This document shows positions 53,219 through 64,000 of a DNA stretch of 64,000 nucleotides, piece after piece (positions within the stretch are counted from its first letter, which is position 1; every line of letters begins with the position of its first letter). A program made the translations under genes and the position numbers. Source of the DNA: Adineta vaga. Its lineage: Eukaryota; Animalia; Rotifera. The notes below the pieces were generated by a model, which saw only the letters and a program-made list of their open reading frames with translations, did not search any database and had not been told where the DNA came from. The stretch is taken from NCBI GenBank assembly GCA_021613535.1, contig CP075496.1, forward strand, positions 11,160,001 to 11,224,000. The letters are read 5' to 3'.

Positions 53219-55044
53219 ATGAAACTTCAAATAAAAAATTTACATGGTGACACTTATGACTTTGAAATTGAAGATAATGAAACGGTAGGTAATCGTTAAA
53301 AAAGCTATGTTATTGTTTTATCGAAAACAATATTTTCTATTTTAGGTCAAAGCATTAAAAGACAAGATCAGTGCAAGAGATGACTTAAAAGAGAAATATG
53401 TCTCTGATTTAATCAAATTACTTTATGCAGGAAACGTTATGGAGGATGAAGACATGCTGAGCAAATACACTATCAAACCTGATGGATTTCTTGTCCTTGT
53501 CAAACAAACACCAGGCAAACCAAAACCAGTACGATGAAATTTCTTTTTAAAATCAATTCATTTCAATGTTTTTTCATTTTTTAGCCACCAAAGAAAAAAC
53601 CTACTTCTGGTTTTGGTAATATGATGGGGTTAGTTTTATTTCGTTTTTTCATTGAAAAACTGATCATCAATAAAAAAATTTCTTTAGCGGATTTAATTCA
53701 CCATTTGGAATGTCTCAAACACTCTCAAATAACTCACTTATGGAACAACCATTTATGCAATCGTCATTTTCATTGCAAACACCGGCACAATCTACATTTC
53801 CAATGCAAAACACAATTACCAGGAATGGGAACAACTGGTGAACCGTTTTATCCGACAGAAAATTCGCATACAACTAATGAAGAACAGAAACAAGCTGTGG
53901 AACAACTTGTAACAATGGGTTTTGCTCGTTCACAAGCGGAAAAAGCTCTTCGTACTTGTGGTTACAGTGTAGAAATTGCTATAGAAAGTTTAACATCGGT
54001 ATTATATCAATAAATTCTATTTTTTACAATAACCTTTCAATTTAGGGTAATATTCCTCTAGAAGACGATTATCCACCACCTCCTATTGCAACAGGATTAA
54101 TGCCAACACCAGCTCCAATATCAACAACAGCATCAAGTACTTCTATAATTCAACAAAAATCATCGAGTTCATCCAATATTCCATCTGAGAATAGTACAGG
54201 TAAAATTTATTAAATCTACAAGATAAAATAATTTCAAGCTAGGTTGATGATTCATTTTCTTTGACAGTTTGGAGAAAATCATCAGTTTAAAAAGAAGAAA
54301 TCTAGTTTTTATATTCGCTACTTTTATTTAATTTAGGTACAGGTTTAAATCTTCAAGAATTAGGAAGAACGCTTGAAAAACATCCTGAACAACTTGAAAC
54401 ACTCAAAGAAAGACTTAAATCTCAACATCCTGAAGTTGCACAAGTAATTCAAATTGGAAAACTTCTTTTTCATAATTATAATTTTCTTTTTTCTTTTTAA
54501 TAGTTAATTGAAGATGATCCTCAAGCATTTCTTGAACTAGTTCGTCAAGCAGGAGAATTAGAAAAACCAACTACAACTGATTCTACTGATACTGTCCGCA
54601 CTAATACTGCAAGTACTAGTAGCATCAATACTGGTACTACTAATAGTCATAATTCTGGACCAGCTTCTGCATCTTTCAATGCTCATGAACTACAAACTAT
54701 CAAACGAGTATGTATTTAATTTACATGAATTGTTTAGAGCGAAAAAAATATAGGATCGAATCTAAACTTCCGCGGCCAATGATGATGACTCGTTCACCCT
54801 TTTCAGACAAACGCTGACGATCTGAACTAACATGCACTACCATCTGAGGCCATTTTTAAATGAAAGAAATTCTTCTCATTTCTATCCACATCATCATTGA
54901 CAATTGATTATTTATTTTTATCTATATCTTATTTAGATAGAAGATATTGGTTTTGAACGAGTTCGTGTGATTGAAGCATTTCTTGCTTGTGAACGTAATG
55001 AAGAATTGGCAGTTCATTATCTGTTGAATTTTTTTGATAACTGA
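53219..55044 (+). CDS. RAD23: UV excision repair protein RAD23-like (UBL, UBA, XPC-binding/STI1, UBA); apparent +1 frameshift near 53810
   Basis: MKLQIKNL...VKALKDKI...KLLYAG (UBL), VEQLVTMGFARSQAEKALR (UBA1), HPEVAQLIEDDPQAFLEL, GFERVRVIEAFLACERNEELAVHYLL (UBA2). Confidence 0.9.
54774..54851 (+). ncRNA. SNORD33: Intronic box C/D snoRNA, SNORD33 (U33/snR55)-like, in the last RAD23 intron
   Basis: Terminal GGCC...GGCC stem, box C ATGATGA (54779-54785), D' CTGA (54814-54817), box D CTGA (54844-54847). Guide CATGCACTACCA is complementary to conserved 18S TGGTGGTGCATG. The 3' end ACATGCACTACCATCTGAGGCC matches my recollection of vertebrate SNORD33. Confidence 0.88.
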
Positions 55045-55277
55045 TAAAAAATTTTCTATGATGTACAAAACGAAAGAGAATTAACTCACTTAGTTTTTTT
55101 TTGCGTCGAAAAAAATGATAATATGTGTTTGTTTAGTATCGCTTTTTCTGTGATCGATAATCAATTATTTTAACATTTTAATTTAAATAGATATTTGTTT
55201 AATTCATCTTTTGTTTTCATTTTTAATAAACATGAAAAAAGTTTTCGAATTAATTTATACGAATTTCACAGATTGAT

Positions 55278-56083
55278 ATGACTTATTTTGCTCCAAAATC
55301 TGAACAAGAATATAAAGAATATTTGGACAATTTATTGGTCGAATATCAATTTGCTTGTTTTAGTGAAAAACACGGAGATGGTATGTGGAATTAGTCGATG
55401 ATAATGATGATGATGAAATTCTATTTTTCAGGTTGTTATCGATTAGGTAATTATCATGAAGTTATTAAAACTGATCATCCAACAGCTGGAAAAATCTATA
55501 AGATGTCATGTGATGAAATGAATTATGGACATGGATGTTATCGTTATGGAACATTTGCATTTCTTGGTCGTGGTAAACGAATGAAACCTTTTTTCGTAAC
55601 AAAAAATAAATCATTTAATGCAATTCTTTCGATTAGGTATGGATAAAGATATTCCACTTTCAACGAAATATTTTGAACGTGCATGTGAATTAGGATTCAT
55701 GAAAGGTTGTCATAATGCTGCTATTGCTTACATGGAAGGTGATGGATGTGAAAAGAATATTAATCGAGGATTAGAATATTATAAAAAAGCTTGTGCAGGA
55801 TCCATTGCTGAATCATGTTTGAATCTTTGGTCTGCTTATTTCAAAGGACATAATGGAGATGTGGTGAAAGATGGCCCGACAGCTTTAGATTATGCATCGA
55901 AAGCTTGTGATTTAGAGATGTTTCAAGGATGGCGTTAATGCGGCAATCATGTGTCGACGTGGCGATAGTGTGCCGAAAGATCCTGAACGAGAAAAAGGGT
56001 TTTCTCAGAAAGTAGCTGAGTTAAAGAAAAAACTAAGTGAACCCGGTGTTCAATTTGGTGAAACGCATAAAAATTTAGATTAG
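55278..56083 (+). CDS. COA7: Cytochrome c oxidase assembly factor 7 (SEL1-repeat); apparent +1 frameshift near 55931
   Basis: [31 protein letters not shown], SEL1 repeats FERACELG / YKKACAG / ASKACDL. The shifted frame continues VNAAIMCRRGDSVPKD...GVQFGE. Confidence 0.85.
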
Positions 56084-56909
56084 AATCTTTAGTTACCTTT
56101 ATACTGAATGTATTTGTTTGTTTTTTTCTCTTTAAATAAAAACATCAAAGTTGATATGCATTTGTGCTAATAATACGAAATAAATGTGTAACAAAAGGAC
56201 TTACAAATCTTCCTATACACATTATCTATTAAGATTCAGACAAGAAGCAAAGATGTGTACTATTACGTTACTAATATGGTTTTTTTCTACTTTGCTTGAG
56301 ACGCTGACCAGATGATCTTTGATATATGAATCGGAAGGTAATCATCAAAACAATGGCAATAACTATCGATGAACATTATTCATTGATTGATTAAATACAC
56401 ACAGTATATCGTCAACAAAATAGTACAAGTGCTTCGGGTCATTGAAAAGCAAAGTAATGCCCGATTAATATGTATATCTTTGCATAATTGTTCTTCATCT
56501 CAATAAGTCTAAAAGTATATGTTTCTGGATAGTTTTCTCTGTCTTTTATTTGTATGATTTTAAATAATAGAATTAAGAAAAAAAAAAGAAAGAACAAACT
56601 AGTTATAGAGACATAAAATGATAAATTTTAAGAGAAGAAAAAAAGAAGTGTGAGTTGTGCATGCTCTAATAAGAAAAAAAAGAGAAATTCAAACGATTTT
56701 TTTTTATTTCAGTGGTAAGAAGAAGAAATAGAAATAAAAGCAAGTTGAATGCTGTTGCCACTGCTGCGCACATACAAATTCACACAAAGGTGATATGGGT
56801 TTAATAGACAAAAGAAAAAGAAGAACATATTGAAGAATTAAAAAAGAAAGATCCTTGTTGTTGTTGTTATTGATTAGTCTCGCTCCCAGCACCAAGAAGA
56901 AGAAAGATT

Positions 56910-59385
56910 TTAATAACCCGACAATTCGTTCAATGTCATGTCGAGTTCTTCGCTTACGCCCTTGTATTTCTCCTTTTCGGCAAGTAATTCGTCTGTAAAA
57001 GAAAAACATTTATTTTATAAGATGCATTTTGGGTAATAATAGGCAGAAAAAACAAATGATTATGTGAAAAAATCATTACCTTCGAGACGATCAACTTCCT
57101 TTTGTAATTTAGCCATAGTACGTTCAGCCAAGTCAGCACGTTGTTCAGCCTATAATGATATTGTATGAATATTCACTTTTTGATTAATTCTTTCAAAAAC
57201 TTACATCTTTAAGGCGTGTAGTTAGATCACGAATTTGTTCTTCGTAACTTTCTTCACGTTGGATGGCCTAGACACGTAATCAATAATAAATATCTACAAA
57301 AATCCTATCTCAACAATTAATCTTACCTCTTGTTCTGAAACTTCAAGTGATTTCATATTGTTACCAACAACTTTAAGTTCTTCTTCAAGTTCAAGAATCT
57401 TACTGAAGAAAACAAAAGCAAATTCATGTCAATATTTAATCACAGTAATTAAATAGAAAAGGCAAATATATACAAGCATACATTTTCAGATTGTTTGTGA
57501 AGGATTTTCAGTTGATTCTCATACAAATTAGATATTATTTTAAATGCAATATTCATTTATCATGCAGGATTCTCATTTGGTAACAAACGTATCATGCAAA
57601 GAGCACGAAATATCTCTTACGCTTCGGCAGCTTCAGCACGATCTTCAGCACGTTCCAAATCAACTTCCATAATGGCAATACGACGAGCGACCTGAATGGA
57701 CCATGAAGATTTTCTGACAATCATTTCATCAAATTACCTCATCATATTTTCGATCGGAATCTTCAGCGATAAGTTGGGCTTCAGCCAATTGTTGTTCAAG
57801 TGTAGCAATACGTTCATCATCTTGATATGTACGTTGTTCAAGACCTTTACGACCACTAAAGATGACAGGACAAAATAAGATTTAATTTCTTGATTTAATA
57901 TCATTTCTTTTTTGTCTTACCGTTCACTTTCATCAGCTGCATGTGAAGCTTCATCAAGTTTTTGTGTTGTTTGTGTAAGACGTTCTTCAGCACGTTCAAG
58001 ATCTTCCTCAACTAATTGTAAACGACGTTGAAGACCATTTAATTCAGCTTCAGCCTAAAAACATTGCATTTTAGAACTTATATTTCAAAACTAACACGAG
58101 AGTAAAATAGTTCCATCATCTAACGATCGAGAGTTTACCTCTTTTAAAACATTTATAATATCTGTCACTTCAGTTTGCATAATGGAAATTTTTAGATTGA
58201 ATGTTATTTGAGATGAATAGGGAGAGATTTGATAGATTTCACAACCGGGTTTAACACGACGACGAGAAGTTTTAACTGATGAAGAAGAATTTGATGAAGA
58301 AGAAGAGGAAGAAGAAGAAGATACTGAACAAGACATTTCATTATCATCTGATGATAAAGGAAATGTTTCACCATCCTGATCAGTTAAACGATAATCGCGC
58401 AAACGTTCATTATCAACAAATTTCTGACGAATTTGTTTAATACGTTCATTATGTAGAATATTTGAGGCAATATAATTAGGTCGTTGAGATGATTGTTGAT
58501 ACGCCTGAAAACATGATTTCGATGATGAACGATTCGTTCTATTTCTATTGGATTTGACTGTTGCTGTTGTAGTTGGAAGTGACTGCACTGGCAATGAAGG
58601 TGGAGGTGGCGGTGGTGGATGACGATTTTTAAATAAATTATAAAATTCAATTGCATTGATTTGGCCTTTTGCCAAGAGAATGGTGAGATTATCTTGTGTC
58701 ATGTTTTTGGAGAAAACGTCTTTCTATGATATGTATTGATGTTCTTTCTTGAATATAGATCGATCGATGTATGTATGAGTAGATATGCGCATATTATTTG
58801 TGAAGGGAAGAAGAATAGTAATACTCGACAAACGACTGTATGGATAAACAGAGAAGACGAAAAAAAGAGAAAAGGAAAAATCGGAGAAAAAGAAAGAGAG
58901 AGAGAAAGCGCGAAAGAAAAGGAAATAGATAGAGAGAAATTTAGTACGGTTGTGTAGAGTTGATGATGGATATTATGAAGCGAACGGAAAAAGAAAAGAA
59001 AAGAAAAGAAATAAATAAGACTTACATCGGTTGCAGCTTTCTCTTTGGCTTCAAGTTTAGCATTTGCTTCAGTTAATTGTTCTTGAGCTGCATCAAGTTC
59101 AGATTCGATCTGTTGGATCTTCTTTTGTAAAGCATTACTTTCTTCTTCTGACTAAAATAAAAATCAAATGAAAATAAATTCAATAAAGACGAAACATTAA
59201 AATGAAAATTAAAATGAAAAACTAAATCAATGAAAACTTACAGTCTTAAGTTTATCTTCAAAATCCTTTTGACGTTGTTCAGCTTGATCGGCGCGATCAA
59301 CGGCATTTTCTTTTTCAAGCTTCATAGCTTGCATTTTCTTTTTGATGGAATCCATCGTAGCGGTTGTATTTGCATTCGACGACAT
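56910..59385 (-). CDS. TPM1: Tropomyosin (long form, 9 exons)
   Basis: [100 protein letters not shown]. Confidence 0.97.
58139..58702 (-). CDS. Putative alternative first coding exon of tropomyosin (188 aa, low complexity)
   Basis: ORF inside intron 2 on the same strand. It ends ...NVLKE|GTAAAC at a phase-0 donor, with an 84-nt intron to the phase-0 acceptor of the [11 protein letters not shown] exon at 58054. Confidence 0.72.
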
Positions 59386-60588
59386 GTTTTCTAAGACCGG
59401 TTTGATTTTTTAAAGATGAGATGTCAATAAAATATTGCTTCAGCTAGAATCTAAATAATTACACTTCCAACAGATCTTTAAAATAGAAAAAAAAAGGAAG
59501 ACATAAGTAAATCTATATCACACATGATCAAACAACTGCAAGTTAATATAAAATATTTCCTCAGTTTGGATAACTGAATGCTAGTGATGGGATAAAAAAA
59601 GTAGAAAGATATTATTCTACTGCGTATACGGATACGATTGTGTCCACATATACAGAGCCTAGAAGAGAAAAAAAATCGACGCACGGTTCCCTTTGCCTAC
59701 GCTATAGATAATAACAACAACAACAACAAACTCTCTAAAGATGTGGTGTACAGAAGTTCTCTTTCTCTCTCATTCTTATGTGCACATTCGTTTACATACT
59801 GCTTTTGCTCTATGTGGGTGGTAGTCGTAGGCAATGACGATGAAGAGGAAAAATTGCGGTTTATTAGTTACGTATATACATATATATATATATATATATA
59901 TAGCTGTATATGGGTATACGGAAACAGATAGATTTAGCCTCTCTTGCTTTTCTCTCGATGTTTACTTGTCATCAATAAAGCAGCCATCGACGATAGTATA
60001 GTTAGTGGTACGATATCATTTTTCTTCGGCGAACTAGAATTTTTCCTTTTCTTTCTTTTCTTCCTTGCATTGTACATACAATGAGTGCAGTAGGGGCGGA
60101 GAGAATCTAAAAATATTTACGCCTTAGCACAACGACGACGATGCAGACAACGTGTTGCTTGATGATGCTAACATTTTCTTGACTTCTATTCTATGTATAT
60201 GTTGGATGAGTTCGAAAAAAGCTTATTGGTACTAGAAAGAATACCATCAAAGAAGAACGAGAAAGATGCTGAAAGCATTCTGATATACATACTATTATTA
60301 TTTGTTGTTAAGAAGAAAAAGAAGAAAAAAAAAGGAAAGAGTCTTTTCTATATTCTTGCCTTAACCAGATACGTGTCTACATATTGATATACGGAAAATA
60401 TCTTTGCTATTGAGAATTACATCTGACATTATCGTCCTAATTGAGGAAACGCAAATATATATTCGATTGTAGAATAAGGCAATGTACAAAAAAAAACTTA
60501 TAACAAAAATAGAAAGAAAAAACAAAAGTGTCCCTTTTTTCTTCCTTCGTCGTCGTCGTCTTCTTTTTCTTCTTCTTCTTTTAATTGC

Positions 60589-61749
60589 TCAATGAGGATT
60601 TGAATTATAATATCCATTTGAAATATTTTGTCTGCAATAGAATGCTGATAATTGATCTGTATAGCATGGGAATTGTACAGATGATGGTGTCATATTAAAA
60701 GGATCATGAACAGGAGGTGGTGGAGGTGGCGGGGGTGGAATCCAAGAAGATGTTGATGCAAAAGAATAATCTTGATGATAAGGTTGTGAATAAATATTGT
60801 TGCTTGAAATAGGATCATAATCAAATGATGATGATGTTTCTCCTTCACCTGAACTGCTATTTGTTGAACTTGATGCTAGCATTGGTTTGGACGGTGATGG
60901 TTTCGAACGAGTTTTAAATCGGGTAGAACGACGTAAAAAGCTTGTACCATTTCCAAACATATGTTTTGCATTGTCATGTAATGTCCAATAATTTCCTTTA
61001 CTTTTATTTCCTAACGGAGAACAATCCTCTGATGATGATGTCCGAGAAGCTTTGACAAAACAGTCATTCAGTGATAAATTATGTCGAATGGAATTTTGCC
61101 AACGATGAGCAGTTTGTTCATTATAGTACGGATAACGGTCTTGAATGAATTTATAGATTTCTATTAAAGGGAGAAAGAAAGAGAGTAAATAGAAAATATA
61201 ACAAATTTTCAAAATAATATCATACCATTTAGAGTCATTTTACCATCTTTTGAACTTTCAATTGCTAATGTTATTAGAGCAATATATGAGTCTATATAAC
61301 AGAAATAATAATAAACTAATTGAAATTTATAGAAAGTTTTATCTTACATGGTGGTTTAACATCTGCCGCAAATCGTCGACCTTGTTGGGATAATGTTGAT
61401 GTACCTTTACAAATTCATTTATATGTAAATAGAAGTTTTATTAGAAATATTTCTCTTTACCTGATAGTTTTGAGATATCAACATCATCTGTTTCTGTTAC
61501 TAAACCTCTCATAATTGCTTCTTTCGCTTCTTTTTCTGTAATTTGAGTTTTATTTTTTGATAAACTTGTTTTTGATCGATGATTATGTTGTTGTTTAAAT
61601 TTACCATGATTTTTCTTCGATATTTTTTCAGTATGATGAAAGTCTGGTAATGAATAGGATAAATAATCTGACGAACTTGTAGGTGTTTCTGAAATTAGAC
61701 GATTTTGTTCATGTAAAGGACCATGAAGAAGATAATAATCATCATCCAT
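60589..61749 (-). CDS. Forkhead-box transcription factor (FoxD-like), 4 exons
   Basis: VKPP|[11 protein letters not shown], [48 protein letters not shown]. Confidence 0.9.
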
Positions 61750-64000
61750 TATGCGAATTTTTGGTCAAATATGTATCGAATGAAAATAACTATGGAATAT
61801 TGAACAAGTTTAATTTGCAGAGAGACAAAAATGTATGTGATTCTTTGAATCAATATTGATTTCCAATATGTATGCATACATATATATATATAGGTGTTCT
61901 CTATTTTTCTTCTCTCTCTTTTGAAATGACCAATGAATTTCAAGTGAAAAATGTCACATCGCATGTGGATTGGTCTATTGAAGGAAAATATGACGTGATT
62001 TTCTTTCAGTTCGTTATATCATTCATCGGAGAAAATTGTCTCATAGTGAGGTTATGTAGTTTATCAAATGAACTGAAATGTACATTAGGAATTTCATTTC
62101 GAATAAAAATTAGGAAAGATCTATATTTTTCTAAGATTGATAGAATCAAAGACAATTTCTTGTGAAAAGCAGTTCAATTTCGATCTTGATAACGAAATTT
62201 TTCTTTTTCAAGCTATAATTTGATCTTAAAATATAAATCAGCTTTCGTCGAGATTTCATTTGCTTGATCACTCTGATTTGATCCCTCTTCGTTTCGCTTC
62301 ATATACACAACAATCGACACACATATATAGGTTCTTTTACTCTTCATCAATTGACAACAAACGATGCAATTTCATTTCAAACGATTCGGCAAAGTCAAGT
62401 TCGTTTTTATGTACAAGCAAAATGAACAAGAACAGAATAGAAGAAATTATCGGTCGGCTTATTTCGCTCTTAAAGAGAATCGATAGGGTAAATGGTGGTG
62501 AAAACGATCCTTATTTTTTAAGTCTATAAATGGGTGAGCACTTTTCTCTTTCTACCTCACTTTTCGTTCACATAGACTAATCCTTATTACGTCTTTGATG
62601 TAATAGATGTGGGCTAAGTTGGTAGTGAAATAAAATTGCTTTCCTCACTTTCAAATAGGACAAAATGGCTGACGACATCTAATTATCGGATATTCTGATA
62701 AAAGTGTCACACATAACAATGTTGTCTCTCTAGAGAAAGATATATAATAACAAACAATCAATTCCGATCAGGTGCTGAATGTTGCAAACAGGCAAACAAG
62801 TAATCGATCATTTTTCGTTTTCAATGTGTGATGAAACAACAAATTCAAACTATTGAAATCAACAATTTCTAGTTAAAATTGACGAAAAAATTATCTTTGA
62901 GAAAGAGATTATATGTCTCTTTCTTTTGTTTCTCATTCACTTTCGAATTAGGCATTTATTTTAAGCCGCAATGTTTTTATAGCATCTCTCATAGAGTTAT
63001 GCATTTTAAACTAGAAATGACCATCTCTCACCTCACTCTTCTTTTCTCACATTTGTTTTATCCACATTAATGTCGGGTGTCTAATTTAGACACATCATAT
63101 AGGAGACAATAAGAAGCAACGACAATTATCCCTTCTTTAAACAAATTATTCTTTTTTCAAACGTAATCTAGGAAATGTTCGTTTGGCAACTATTCTTATC
63201 TGTCTGCGCAAAATAGATATTGTTGACAGCTCAGGGTGAAGGACAATGGTTGTTATTTCAACCATGCACTTATTCTATGTATATGTATCAGGGTAAAACA
63301 AGGTTTCCTTAGGTGGATGTTTCTTTCATAAAAAGATAGTGCAAATCGATTCTCAGTTGATCATAAAAGTAATCTTAAGAAGATCTAGATTACTCAATAG
63401 TTGATTGAATAGAGTTAGAAAAACACTTCGTTTGAATCTTCGTTTTCCATGAAAAAGAAGGTTTCTATACAATTTCCCAACAGTTTATCGCTTGTAATAA
63501 TGAAAGATAGAAAATCATATTGACTGCATGTACTGTCAAAGCAAAAGGAACTTTTTATTTCATGTACATATGAGAAGAAATATATGTAACCAAGTTGTAT
63601 ACTTCTGAGATTTTAGGCAAAAGACTAAATATTGATTAACGCGTATATCTATATCAGTATTATTAAACTGAATCTTTTGAAAAGTGGCAGGTAGAGATAT
63701 GGAATTATGTAAATACATTTTCAATTGTAAATAGTTGTCAAAGAGAATGACTTCAAATAAATGTTAATTCAAATCCTTGTAGTAGTCATGCTGTCAAGTC
63801 GAACTTATTTTAAAAGCAATTCAATGAAATAAAAAGAATGCTGAATGTCGAAATGGAAGTAAACCTTGATCTAAACAAAAATTTTCATTTTGTCTTACTT
63901 TTATAGTAAATCATCCATTCAAGGGTGTATGTATTCTTTTTACTGTTTTGATATTTGCACCATAAATCTTTTCTTACGTAGAAAAGAAACCTATAGAAGT

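Noticed and set aside
57482-57600. Possible extra tropomyosin exon ([25 protein letters not shown]|GT) and two TGCATG motifs in intron 5
   Set aside because: No suitable acceptor in the phase needed for a mutually exclusive exon 6, and only weak similarity to tropomyosin.
1-64000. CRISPR arrays, tRNA/rRNA genes, intact transposons, bacterial contamination
   Set aside because: None recognised. The bacterial-like genes mostly carry spliceosomal introns and are interspersed with metazoan genes at the same base composition.
61760-64000. Short ORFs upstream of the forkhead gene
   Set aside because: No domain signal or consistent exon structure; probably regulatory intergenic DNA.

Overview
AT-rich eukaryotic (animal) genomic DNA with dense genes and many 50-80 nt GT-AG introns. 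The mix of metazoan genes and bacterial-type genes is typical of a bdelloid rotifer; this is an inference from architecture, not a database result. Genes reconstructed by hand: the 3' end of an MTMR3/4-like FYVE gene, a multi-PLAT protein, a PqaA/AprA-like secreted alpha/beta-hydrolase, a conventional PKC, two tandem intronless NCS-like EF-hand genes, VAT1, V-ATPase subunit C, EPS8, a decayed secreted-protein gene, a multipass membrane protein, a membrane-anchored bacterial-type spermidine-synthase-like methyltransferase, a thioredoxin with an (EEKTEKKT)6 tail, ING, a cyanobacterial-type GH13 glucan enzyme in 19 exons, a mucin-like + DUF2807/GIN gene with an internal stop, RSF1, RAD23 hosting a SNORD33-like snoRNA, COA7, tropomyosin and a forkhead gene. 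Most notable: (1) the probably horizontally acquired GH13 needs a 3-nt microexon (GGG, 41477-41479) whose skipping creates a TGA stop in the conserved WGYNP motif; (2) a 188-codon low-complexity alternative first exon inside tropomyosin, analogous to the atypical Drosophila Tm1-I/C isoform; (3) two alternative PKC C-terminal exons, one lacking the hydrophobic-motif phosphosite; (4) five single-site reading-frame lesions in otherwise intact genes, which are either assembly errors or a decaying gene copy.
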